The notes beneath the pieces are model-generated. The model was not told where the DNA came from and searched no databases. It saw only the letters and a program-made list of their open reading frames with translations. The position numbers and the translations under genes were made by a program. From contig JAUWKS010000020.1 in the NCBI GenBank assembly GCA_030614005.1, forward strand, positions 22,034 through 54,033: 32,000 bases of DNA, given 5' to 3'. Source of the DNA: Candidatus Heimdallarchaeota archaeon. Lineage in GTDB: Archaea > Asgardarchaeota > Heimdallarchaeia > JABLTI01. Below, one piece after another: positions 17,635-27,111 of the stretch. Each line of letters starts with the position of its first letter. Within the stretch, counting starts at the first letter, position 1.

Positions 17635-18531
17635 ATGGCAATTTATCAAGTTGATGCATTTTCAGACACGCCTTTCTTTGGCAATCCCACATCCATTGTA
17701 CTTGATGCAGAAGAATACACGGATGTTTTGAAACAGTATATAGCAAGTGAAATGAACGTACCGGTTACCTCTTTTGTTACAAAATCAGAGAAAGCAGATT
17801 TTAAAGTGGATTTCTATACCCCCAAAAAGAAAATCCCTCTCAGCGGACATGCTTCAATTGCAACATTTTGGTTATTAGCGGAAATTGGTAGAATAAAGTC
17901 TGAAAATGATTTCGCCAAAGTTACTCAAGAAACTGAGAAAGGAATTTTTACTATGGAAATTTTCTGGAAAGATGGAGAGCTTGATAAAGTTATTATGATT
18001 CAAGAAAAACCAACTTTCAAAGAAGTTGATATAACAAAAGACAAACTTGCAGATATTTTGGGTATTAGATCAGATAAAATAGAATCTAATGACCAGCTCC
18101 CAATAACCATAGCATCCACTGGAAGTCCAAAATTACTTGTTCTTATTACTAGTAAAGAAATGACAGATGCGTTAGTACCAAAATATGAAGATATTGAACG
18201 TTTATGTTTACGACTAAATGTTTCAGGCATCCATCTGTACACTTTTGACACTTATCTCGAAGGTTCCACGTGCTATACAAGACATTTCGAACCATACAGG
18301 GGTGCACATGAAACAGCTGTCTCTGGATTAGCAAATGGAGCATTGGGTGCCTTCTTAGTTGCTAGAGGTTTTGCTCAACCCGGTAAAATGATTATAGAAC
18401 AAGGTGAATCTATGGATAGAGCTGGAATTGTTGAAGTAGAAATAAAAGCTACAACAAAAGGTGTTCAAGAAGTCAAAGTTAGCGGCAAAGCTAAAACAAT
18501 TTTTGAAATCCAATTTAAAGATAAAACCTAA
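17635..18531 (+). CDS. PhzF/DAP-epimerase-fold protein with degenerate active site
   Basis: YQVDAF..F.GNP, TP..IPLSGHA, STGSPKL, SGLANGALG, EQG..M.R.G and V.VSG.A family motifs are present. The canonical SET motif reads PVT. Confidence 0.8.
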   Translation: MAIYQVDAFSDTPFFGNPTSIVLDAEEYTDVLKQYIASEMNVPVTSFVTKSEKADFKVDFYTPKKKIPLSGHASIATFWLLAEIGRIKSENDFAKVTQETEKGIFTMEIFWKDGELDKVIMIQEKPTFKEVDITKDKLADILGIRSDKIESNDQLPITIASTGSPKLLVLITSKEMTDALVPKYEDIERLCLRLNVSGIHLYTFDTYLEGSTCYTRHFEPYRGAHETAVSGLANGALGAFLVARGFAQPGKMIIEQGESMDRAGIVEVEIKATTKGVQEVKVSGKAKTIFEIQFKDKT

Positions 18532-18741
18532 GATTTTCACTTTGCATCTCTATAAAATTCAGATAACAATATTTAATAATAGATTCTTTTGCTTGAAAGA
18601 CATTGATCTCAAAAAGAGACCAAGGTGGCTGAAATGCTATCTGTTCACAATCGGGTCACTTTTTCCCTAGGATACCAAATCTGTTTGAAGGAAAAGGAAT
18701 GGAGCTCAGATGTGAAACATCAGCAGTAACTGGTGAATACT

Positions 18742-19197
18742 ATGGCAAGAATGCATACTAGAAAGAAAGGTAAATCAAGTTCAAAGCGACCTCCTCATGC
18801 GACTATTCCAGAGTGGGTCAATCAAACTCCAGAGGAAATCGAACAAAAAATTGTAGAGCTTGCAAAACAAGGCTTAACATCTGCAATGATTGGTAATATT
18901 TTAAGAGATACATACAGTATTCCTTCCACTAAACTTGTAATCAAGCAACAGATTACAGAAGTTATGAAACGCGAAGGAGTGTATCCAGAGTATCCTGAAG
19001 ATTTTAGAAATTTAGTTAGAAGAGCATTAGCTTTACGAAGACATTTAGAGGGTCATCCAAAAGATCTTCATTCACTCTACGGCTTGCAAAAAATGGAAGC
19101 GAAAATTAGACGCCTTATGAGATACTATCAAAAGAAAGGTATCATTCCAAAGAGTTTCAATTATGTTCCAAAATCTGCTGCAACAATCGTAAGATAA
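18742..19197 (+). CDS. rps15: 30S ribosomal protein S15 (uS15, S15P/S13e)
   Basis: MARMHTRKKGKSSSKRP, IGNILRD.Y.IP, PEDFRNLVRRAL.LRRHLE.HPKD, KIRRL.RYY; GGTGA SD. Confidence 0.97.
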   Translation: MARMHTRKKGKSSSKRPPHATIPEWVNQTPEEIEQKIVELAKQGLTSAMIGNILRDTYSIPSTKLVIKQQITEVMKREGVYPEYPEDFRNLVRRALALRRHLEGHPKDLHSLYGLQKMEAKIRRLMRYYQKKGIIPKSFNYVPKSAATIVR

Positions 19198-19219
19198 TTC
19201 AGTGGATTAAAACAAAATA

Positions 19220-19262
19220 TCTCTTCAATTTTGAAGAGAACCCTATTCTTTTATTTTACTTT
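19220..19262 (+). terminator. hairpin plus T-tract downstream of rps15
   Basis: TCTCTTCA-ATTT-TGAAGAGA stem followed by TATTCTTTTATTTTACTTT. Confidence 0.4.
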
Positions 19263-19355
19263 TTCATTTCTAACTATTCATAAATGGCCTATTTTGTGAC
19301 CTTTTTAAGGATAAATTAACAAAAGTAATTATATAACAAGTCAAATTATACCAAC

Positions 19356-20906
19356 GTGGTGTTATCTTTGTCCACCGATTCGAAAAAACCAGATTTCAAA
19401 GGATTTATTGCTAAAATTAAAGAGGGAATCGATTCTGTTAAAGATGCAAAAGGCACTGTACTATGTGTCAGTCACATAGATGCAGATGGACTTACATCTG
19501 CAGGTATTATTGGCAAAGCACTCCACAGAGCTAATATTCAGTATCAGGTTCGGGGTGTTCGTCAATTGGAACTCCCAATCATCAGTGAATTATCTATGAT
19601 GAAAAATATCAAAAATATTATTTTCTCCGATTTAGGTGGTGGACAGATAGACGGGATAAACAAATATCTAATAGACAGGAACATATTGATTTTAGACCAT
19701 CATCCTGTTATTACCCAACCGAAATCAGAATCAATAATTAACGTAAATCCTTTTCCGTATAATTACGATGGAGCACATCAAGTAAGCGGTGCAGGAATCA
19801 GTTACTTTTTTGCAAAAACATTGGATCCAATAAATATCGACTCAGCAGCAATTGCAGTTGTTGGTGCATTAGCTGATCGTCAAGATAAAGGGGAGAAAAG
19901 TTCTCTCACAGATTTAAATCGTATCATAGTGAAAGATGGGATTAAAGCTGGTATTTTAGAAGAGAATATGGATATTCGATTATTTGGAAGAGAAACCAGA
20001 AGGATCTATCAAGCATTAGAATACACCACAGATCCATTTTATCCTGGGTTAACAGGAGATGGTGATATGTGTATTCGCTTTATGAGAGATACAGGCATTC
20101 CTCAACAGAAAGGAGATAAATGGCGAACAATTCAAGATTTATCTGAAGATGAAAGAAGAACCTTGGTTCAAGCTCTTTTAACATATGGATTACAAATGGG
20201 AATGACTGCGGAGGACGCTCAAAGCATTTTAGGAAAAGTGTACACACTCACAAATGAAGAACCAGGAACACTACTGAGAGATGCAAGAGAATTTGGTTCA
20301 TTATTAAACTCATGTGGTCGTTTAGGAGCCACAGGTATTGCTATAGGCATTTGCATGGGAGAAAGAAAGTATCTTCTAGAAGAAGCCGAGATAATAATGC
20401 GAGAATATCGAAAGAAAATTTCCCAATATTTGGAACTTGTCAATCTTGATAGTGAACATGTAAAAGAATACAATAACCTCATTGTATTTGATGGAAAAAA
20501 TGTTATTGATGATACAATGATTGGTACTATCATTTCAATCGCAATTTCAACTAGAAGTTTTGCAGATAAGAAGAAACCACTGATCGGAATTGCAGAATCT
20601 AACGATGGTACAGTTAAAATTAGTTGCAGAGGAACAGGACCATTAGTAGCAATGGGTTTGAATCTCGGTTTAGCATTAAGAGGTGCTGTGGAATCAATTG
20701 GTTCTAATGCAGAAGGTGGCGGACATAATATTGCTGCTGGAGCACGCATACCTCAAGGAACAGAACAATTACTAATTGAAAATCTAAATGTTGCAATAGA
20801 GAAACAATTGAAAAAAGATGACCCAAAGCCAAAAAAACAAAGTGTGGCAAAAAAAACAACGAAAAAAACCAAAGCAACTACAATAAAAACTACATCAAAG
20901 AAATAA
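19356..20906 (+). CDS. RecJ-like DHH/DHHA1 nuclease, probable GAN/Cdc45 ortholog
   Basis: Motifs HIDADG, FSDLG, ILDHH, GALADRQ and GGGHNIAAGA. It sits between rps15 and pcc1-rps3ae, the conserved archaeal context of the GINS-associated nuclease. Confidence 0.88.
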   Translation: MVLSLSTDSKKPDFKGFIAKIKEGIDSVKDAKGTVLCVSHIDADGLTSAGIIGKALHRANIQYQVRGVRQLELPIISELSMMKNIKNIIFSDLGGGQIDGINKYLIDRNILILDHHPVITQPKSESIINVNPFPYNYDGAHQVSGAGISYFFAKTLDPINIDSAAIAVVGALADRQDKGEKSSLTDLNRIIVKDGIKAGILEENMDIRLFGRETRRIYQALEYTTDPFYPGLTGDGDMCIRFMRDTGIPQQKGDKWRTIQDLSEDERRTLVQALLTYGLQMGMTAEDAQSILGKVYTLTNEEPGTLLRDAREFGSLLNSCGRLGATGIAIGICMGERKYLLEEAEIIMREYRKKISQYLELVNLDSEHVKEYNNLIVFDGKNVIDDTMIGTIISIAISTRSFADKKKPLIGIAESNDGTVKISCRGTGPLVAMGLNLGLALRGAVESIGSNAEGGGHNIAAGARIPQGTEQLLIENLNVAIEKQLKKDDPKPKKQSVAKKTTKKTKATTIKTTSKK

Positions 20907-20953
20907 ATCAGTAATTGGGTTTTAGATATTCTGATATTTGAGATGATAGAGAA

Positions 20954-21220
20954 ATGAATAAACAGAAAAAAATCATTGAAGCTGAAATAAAGATACAATT
21001 ACCTTTTGCAAATGCTAAAATAGCAAACAGTATCTGCTCTGCAACAGCACCGGAAAATCAGGAAACACCGGATGGAGTAATAGCCAAATCTAATCTACAG
21101 GATTCAATAATTTATTTCACGGTAATTTCAAAAGCACCTTTTTGGGATTTAGTTGCAACAACAGACGACTTCTTTGAAAAAGTAGCTATTTCAATGAAAA
21201 CAGTAAAGTCTCTAAAATAG
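20954..21220 (+). CDS. pcc1: KEOPS complex subunit Pcc1
   Basis: 88 aa with an alpha/beta pattern (IEAEIKIQLP..A..I..ATAPEN..L..TTDDF), at the conserved position between the DHH nuclease and rps3ae. Confidence 0.8.
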   Translation: MNKQKKIIEAEIKIQLPFANAKIANSICSATAPENQETPDGVIAKSNLQDSIIYFTVISKAPFWDLVATTDDFFEKVAISMKTVKSLK

Positions 21221-21404
21221 AGAGAGAAGAGAACTCCAAATTATCTTCGATAATAAGGAAAATATTTTAAAAGAGATGATTGGTTTTCGATATAGCGCGT
21301 ATGTAGAGTACAATTATCTGATTCTCTAATATACAGTAAAACTAATAAAGTGATTTGAAGGTCAAAACTTTATACTTGTGTAACGCAATGAAGGAGAAGA
21401 AAAA

Positions 21405-22127
21405 ATGAGTAGTAAAAAAAAGAAGGAATCTCAAAGTAGAAGAGTAATAGACAAATTTAGTTTAAAAACCTGGTACACTGTTCATGCTCCAGAAATGTTC
21501 GGAGGAGATGAACTCGCTGAAACGCCATCAGCAGAAGAAGAATACCTTGTCGGTAGAAATCTTAGTACAACTATGATGGATTTAACTGGCGATTATAAAA
21601 AAATGCATGTTAAGCTTACTTTTAAAATACGAGACTCAAAAGGTGATCATTGTTATACAGATTTCCATGGTCATGAGTACACTCGTGATTATTTGCGATC
21701 AATGATCCGAAGAAGAAGAACAAGAATTGATGGTATCTTTAATGTTACAACTAAAGATGGCGCCAGATTACGTTTAAGTATCATTGCTCTAACACCTTTC
21801 CGATGTAAAGCAAGTCACGAAAGAGGCATCAGAAAAGCAATGTTGGAAGTTGTCAATAAAAGAGCAGCTAGAACACCATTTGATGTTTTTGTCAAAGATT
21901 TAGTTGGAGGAAGAATTGCTACCGAAGTCTATAAAGCTTCCAAGAAAATTCATCCAACACAAAATGTAGATGTCTGGAAATCAAGAGTGCTAAACCAACC
22001 AACAATGAAACTTGAACCAGAAAAACCAAAAGTTGTTGAACCAAAAGCAGTTGAAGCTGAAGAACCAAAAGTTGAAGAAAAAAAGGAAGAAGCAGCTCCT
22101 GTTGAAGTTAAACCAACAGAATCATAA
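21405..22127 (+). CDS. rps3ae: 30S ribosomal protein S3Ae (eS1)
   Basis: DKFSLKTWYTVHAPEMF, VGRNL, DYLRSMIRRRRTRID, KKIHP; acidic/Pro-rich C-terminal tail. Confidence 0.96.
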   Translation: MSSKKKKESQSRRVIDKFSLKTWYTVHAPEMFGGDELAETPSAEEEYLVGRNLSTTMMDLTGDYKKMHVKLTFKIRDSKGDHCYTDFHGHEYTRDYLRSMIRRRRTRIDGIFNVTTKDGARLRLSIIALTPFRCKASHERGIRKAMLEVVNKRAARTPFDVFVKDLVGGRIATEVYKASKKIHPTQNVDVWKSRVLNQPTMKLEPEKPKVVEPKAVEAEEPKVEEKKEEAAPVEVKPTES

Positions 22128-22141
22128 GTGATTCTTATCTA

Positions 22142-22190
22142 ATTTCCAGAGCATTTCTGGAAATATTCTCTCCTTTTATTGTTCTATTTT
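22142..22190 (+). terminator. hairpin plus T-tract downstream of rps3ae
   Basis: ATTTCCAGA-GCATT-TCTGGAAAT 9-bp stem followed by CTCTCCTTTTATTGTTCTATTTT. Confidence 0.45.
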
Positions 22191-22314
22191 ACTTTAAACC
22201 AAAGTAATTTTTATTTACTTTTTACTTCTGATTTTTATAAATTATAAACCAGAAAAGCAATAAGAAATCCAATACAGTATACATTTAATCAGTAATTTTG
22301 AGAGTAGGAAAAAT

Positions 22315-23361
22315 ATGACCTTAGAAAAAGCAAAAAATAAATCTTTACAACAAAAAAAAGATAAAGTTGATGATTCAATAATCTCTTTCAGCGAGTGTTT
22401 GAGAAATTGGGAACCGTATCAAAAAAAGGGTTCAGATCCAAATGAAGTTCGTATGTTAGATATTCTTGAATGCTGGACGGGAGAATTGGGACCTGCAATT
22501 GGACTTGTTGGCATACCTTTTGATTCAGCTGTTCTAGGTCGAAAAGGTGCTAAAGCGGGTCCAAAAAAAATCCGTGATTCAATTAGATACTTTAAGGCCT
22601 ACAGTTGGGATTTAGATTATTGGTTTGGTGATAAAAGAGTATACGATTTTGGTGATATTATTACAGAGGGAGATTCAGTAGCAGAAGCACATGAAAATAT
22701 TGCTGAAATAATACGTAAAATTGCAGAGAAAGGATTTACCACTCTAACGCTCGGAGGAGATCATTCATTGGGGTACCCTATTTTGAAAGGGTTAAAAAAT
22801 GCACACCAACCAAATAAAATAGGACTCATAAATATTGACGCACATTTGGATGTTCGGGAAGTCATTGACGGAAAAATAACTAGTGGTACACCATTTCGAA
22901 GAGTATTAGATAATGGTATAGTCAAGGGAGAAAATTTCGTAGAGATTGGAATTAGAGATTTTACAAATGCTAGAAAGTATAGACGTTATTTAGAAGAAAA
23001 AGGTGGGACTATCTTTACTATGAATGATATCCGAAAAAGAGGTATGGAAGATATTATCCAAGAAGCAATATCCATTATCGGACGGAAAACTGATGTAACA
23101 TATATTTCAATAGATATGGACAGTCTTGATCAGATATATGCACCAGGTGTAAGTGCGCCAACACCTGATGGTCTAACACCACATCAAATAAATCAAATTA
23201 TTCATGAAATAGTTGTCAATACAAATGTCATTGGAATGGACATAGTAGAACTAAATCCTCTCTATGATACTGCAGACACAACTGCAATCAATGCAGCAAA
23301 TTTCCTCGTACAATTTGTTGCCTCATATTATTGGAAAATGGATAAAGAGAAGACAAAATAA
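22315..23361 (+). CDS. hutG: ureohydrolase (arginase family), most similar to formimidoylglutamase
   Basis: GIPFD..GRKGA..GP..IR, LGGDHS, NIDAHLDVR, SGTPFRR and SIDMDSLD..APGVSAP Mn-binding motifs. Agmatinase is not excluded. Confidence 0.7.
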   Translation: MTLEKAKNKSLQQKKDKVDDSIISFSECLRNWEPYQKKGSDPNEVRMLDILECWTGELGPAIGLVGIPFDSAVLGRKGAKAGPKKIRDSIRYFKAYSWDLDYWFGDKRVYDFGDIITEGDSVAEAHENIAEIIRKIAEKGFTTLTLGGDHSLGYPILKGLKNAHQPNKIGLINIDAHLDVREVIDGKITSGTPFRRVLDNGIVKGENFVEIGIRDFTNARKYRRYLEEKGGTIFTMNDIRKRGMEDIIQEAISIIGRKTDVTYISIDMDSLDQIYAPGVSAPTPDGLTPHQINQIIHEIVVNTNVIGMDIVELNPLYDTADTTAINAANFLVQFVASYYWKMDKEKTK

Positions 23362-23362
23362 A

Positions 23363-24438
23363 TTAACGTCTTCTGTTTCTGATAAAAATCAGACCAAATG
23401 CCGAAACAGCAAGTAATCCTATACCTCCGAGAGAGGATCCTGCAATAATAAGTACCAAGTCCCATCTCCAACGTTTTGGTTCAAAATACAGATCATTTAC
23501 CACTTCTTGAACAGCTTCCAAGCACTTTGCAAATTGTTCGGGACGAATGAAATAATCCGTTGATTCTTCTGCATCTCGCCAAACTTTGATACTATTTGAC
23601 TCAACATATAGTTGATAATAAGAATGCACTAAATAATCATAGCTTAGAGCAAAGTAAGCATCATCTAACTGGAAAAACCCCAAGGAAATTAACTCGTTTA
23701 TTAATAATTGTGCATCAGCAGCAGATAGATCATTATTGTAATACAACTCTCTATCACCATATTTGAAATTAATATACCCATCTTGGTAAATGCTAAAATG
23801 ATAGTAAGGGTTCGCTCCAGTTGGAACATAATCTAAATAATTTCCGCTGGAATAATATGAGCCTGGCCAATGGAATAAATTGATTATAAAGTCATCGAAA
23901 TCAATAGTTGGTGTAGCTCTAATGTTATCAATTGTTATCCCAATTGAGGTTGTATGATTTAAATTTGGATTATTTTCTTGATAGAAAAACACTGTGACAT
24001 TCAAATTAGTTTCAGGGGTGTATTGGGTGACATTCCAGTCATAACCAATTTCCCAAAAATAAGCATTATATTGTGAATATTCGTAACTGGAATTAAAAAT
24101 AACACTCTCATTAGCAAACATTTCGAATATGTACTCTTCATTTGAATCATAAAATGATAAATCGTCTCAATAATTGTGATTAACAAAGAGCGAAACAGGA
24201 TTATAATCTATTATATCTCCATCATCTATATTCCAGAATATCGGTCTATCTGCAACAAAATTTGATTCTGTATTTCATATTCAAATTTGCTTACTAATTC
24301 TCGTCCAGTCAATTTCTTTTCGTAAAAATCATTGAATGTTATTGCATTAACATCAGTAACCTGATTTAAAATAACAAACGTTGATGTAAGAATGGAAAAT
24401 AGAATGAAACTAGCATAAATATTCCTGGGCTTTAACAA
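23363..24438 (-). pseudogene. disrupted secreted, C-terminally anchored surface protein
   Basis: The signal-peptide ORF 24226-24438 and the anchor-bearing ORF 23363-24121 join through a one-base frameshift near 24273-24275 and an in-frame TGA at 24167-24169 (NHNY*DDL). Confidence 0.65.
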
Positions 24439-24494
24439 TGAGATACCTCAGTAAATTAAATGGTTTTTCAATATATGAATAGAGATTAGCAATA

Positions 24495-25358
24495 TCAACT
24501 AGTAATATTCTCATCTGAGATTTTGGGTGTATTTTTTCGAAGTTTACGTGCTCTTCTAGTTCTTCGGTATTTTCTCTTTTTCATTGGAGAGCCATAATGG
24601 TATGCAATATGATCATTGAAAATTTCTTGCCAGCGTTTTTCTAGCATTATTAAAACAATTCCAGAGAGTATTGTTAAGGTAAATACAGTCGCTGCTCCCA
24701 AAAAGAAAACAGCTGTAATGCTGGCAGTAATAAATTCAAAAAACCAGTCGGCAATTATTGAGCTTAAACCAAAAAACAGCATCGTACCAGTTCCTACGAA
24801 GAATATATCATAAATAATATAAATCCAGAAAATCTTGCTTCCTTTTATTGGTATATCCTGATTTTCCATTGGAGGTGCTTTCAGCAAATGATTACGAAGT
24901 TTTTCATAGCGAACATATTGAATAAAAGGCACACCAATAAAAGTTGTAAGAGTCAAAATTACCATTAGTATAAAAGTATCATTTTTTGTTGTAACTTCAT
25001 ATCTACCGTGAGGGTGATACCAATGATCATTCAAATCTTGCAATGTTTGTAGAAGATAATAGAAATAATAAATACCTAATGTGAAAATACTCACAACAAG
25101 AATATTGTCATAGTCTCTTTGAGTAATTTGAACTTTAGTATTAATATATCGTTCTTTTTCAACAGGTTTGGTTGGAAAATATTGTTCAAGATAATCAAAA
25201 AGATGATTTCTACTATAAGAGTTTCTTTGAACAGCAAAACAAAACGGGCAAATGGGTTTTCCCTCTATTAATGGCTTTTGACAATTAAAGCATGTACTGT
25301 TCAAGATATTTTTCTTCCCATAAGTATTAATCTTTATTAGATTTAATTGACTACACAT
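24495..25358 (-). CDS. membrane protein with N-terminal double-CxxC Zn ribbon and DUF4234-like TM domain
   Basis: CFNC..CPFC; ILVVSIFTLGIYYFYY..LQDLNDH; several hydrophobic helices; very basic C-terminal tail. Confidence 0.6.
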   Translation of the reverse strand: MCSQLNLIKINTYGKKNILNSTCFNCQKPLIEGKPICPFCFAVQRNSYSRNHLFDYLEQYFPTKPVEKERYINTKVQITQRDYDNILVVSIFTLGIYYFYYLLQTLQDLNDHWYHPHGRYEVTTKNDTFILMVILTLTTFIGVPFIQYVRYEKLRNHLLKAPPMENQDIPIKGSKIFWIYIIYDIFFVGTGTMLFFGLSSIIADWFFEFITASITAVFFLGAATVFTLTILSGIVLIMLEKRWQEIFNDHIAYHYGSPMKKRKYRRTRRARKLRKNTPKISDENITS

Positions 25359-25434
25359 TTAAAATTAACCCATTGAACTGGACATTAAAGCAATATTTCG
25401 TGAAACTAAATAAAAAAATAATCCCGTGCTTAAT

Positions 25435-25824
25435 ATGAAGACAATTAGTGACTCAGGCAGAGGACTAAAGAATAAAATTAAGAAATCGATATTTATCACT
25501 ACAATTTATCATGTTAGTTCTCAAGAGGAAGTGCAAAGTCATCTACTCAAAATACAAGAAGAATTTAGAAAAGCAACTCACAATGCATATGCCTATAGAA
25601 TAGGCAATCCAACTTTATGGGAAGAAAGTTCTGATGATGGAGAAGTGAAAGGGTGTGCAGGAAAACCAATAATGAACATTCTACAGAAACAAGAAATAAC
25701 TAATACTCTAGTAATAGTTACAAGATTTTATGGGGGAGTAAAATTAGGTCCAGGAGGCTTAATTCGCGCTTATTCCAAATCAGCTGCAGAATTAATCAAA
25801 ATAATAGGTTTAAAAGAACTCTAA
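25435..25824 (+). CDS. IMPACT/YigZ family protein (N-terminal UPF0029 domain only)
   Basis: IKKSIF, ATHNAYAYR, SSDDGE..G.AGKP and VTRFYGGVKLGPGGLIRAY motifs. Confidence 0.92.
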   Translation: MKTISDSGRGLKNKIKKSIFITTIYHVSSQEEVQSHLLKIQEEFRKATHNAYAYRIGNPTLWEESSDDGEVKGCAGKPIMNILQKQEITNTLVIVTRFYGGVKLGPGGLIRAYSKSAAELIKIIGLKEL

Positions 25825-25967
25825 TTCCTAACTGTCAAAGAAAGAAATCTTTTTAGTGAATGTAATACTCATATAATATTTATTCTTAAATTACTCAAGA
25901 GAATCTTTTAGTTAATTTAAACAAAGAACAAATAGCAATTGGAAAAGTTATTGGGAAAGTAACGACA

Positions 25968-27095
25968 TTGGTCAACCTTAAACTTATCATCGATGGAATT
26001 GCAATACCATTTGGAATCATCGCATCGACTGTTATTATATCCCGTAACAAACGTAACATTGCAAATATTTTGATAGGATTAATTGCTTTTCTTGCTGGAG
26101 TGGTTTCAGTTTCATTTGGTTTATTGAAAGAAATATTCTTCCCGATCAATGAAAATCTTGCAATGATTTTCGTAAAATTAGCTTTTCTATCTATGTTTTT
26201 AATGACAATACCATCATTGAGTTTTTCGATTTTCTTCTGGAAAGCTAAATATAAAAAAATACCTAATTTCCTTCATGTCATAGCCTTTATTCCTTCAATA
26301 ATACTAACTATTTGGTTATTTGTAGATCCACATTGTATACAGTTTGTCAAAACGGACTATGGAATTATCAATTTCTTAACAGAACCTTTGATTATCTATA
26401 GCCTTGTTATAATTTTATTAACGTTACTTCTTACAGTAATTGCATTACGATTTATGGCAAAAAATGCAAAAGCTTTCCCACAACTAAAAAGAAGGATGAA
26501 TTTGTTTACTGTAGGTTTTACAGTAGGTTTTGGTGGGTCATTTTTATCGCTCTTTCTTTTAGAATACCTTTTTCAAGATGTAATACAACCTTATGCACTC
26601 TTTGTAATTTTTACAACCATCAGCTTAACGTTGGCTTTTTCCACTTCCCTCAGTGAAGAAGAAGTAACATTATGGCACGGTTGCCCAAAACTACTACACA
26701 ACAATGGAAGCTCAACTATGTGTATTAATACTGATGATGGTCTTCCTGTAGATGTAAAATTACTAGATATTGGAAATATAATCGAAAGAATACAAATTGA
26801 TACTGAAGTATTGAAAACAGGTTCTGAAAATTGCACAAATACCGTTTTTTCTGATGAAGATAGCATTGTTCGATGTTTGACGACACATAAACCAATCAAA
26901 GTATTGGATGAACAAGTTACAAGAGAGGAAATGGAGCTAGCTCGTCAAATGGACATTATGAATGGAAATGAATTATGTTCAGATTGTTTGCATAAAATCA
27001 TTGGTTATAGAAAAGAACACAAAAACAAAACAGATTCAGAAATCAAAATGCTATTTCTTGGGATGAGAGCTGAGGAATTTTTTGGTGTCAGTTAA
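25968..27095 (+). CDS. 7-TM sensor-like membrane protein with Cys-rich cytoplasmic C-terminal domain
   Basis: Seven hydrophobic segments in aa ~1-225 with a TM4-TM5 loop VKTDYG typical of HisKA_7TM-type sensors. The soluble tail has 6 Cys including CSDC. Confidence 0.6.
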   Translation: MVNLKLIIDGIAIPFGIIASTVIISRNKRNIANILIGLIAFLAGVVSVSFGLLKEIFFPINENLAMIFVKLAFLSMFLMTIPSLSFSIFFWKAKYKKIPNFLHVIAFIPSIILTIWLFVDPHCIQFVKTDYGIINFLTEPLIIYSLVIILLTLLLTVIALRFMAKNAKAFPQLKRRMNLFTVGFTVGFGGSFLSLFLLEYLFQDVIQPYALFVIFTTISLTLAFSTSLSEEEVTLWHGCPKLLHNNGSSTMCINTDDGLPVDVKLLDIGNIIERIQIDTEVLKTGSENCTNTVFSDEDSIVRCLTTHKPIKVLDEQVTREEMELARQMDIMNGNELCSDCLHKIIGYRKEHKNKTDSEIKMLFLGMRAEEFFGVS

Positions 27096-27111
27096 CAAAC
27101 GTATCAGTCAG

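Noticed and set aside
20219-20749. 176-aa minus-strand ORF inside the DHH nuclease
   Set aside because: Fully antisense to a conserved gene, with no motifs. The same applies to the other short overlapping ORFs in the track.
21221-21404. C/D-box sRNA in the pcc1-rps3ae gap
   Set aside because: A CTGA is present but there is no properly matching RTGATGA C box at a suitable distance.
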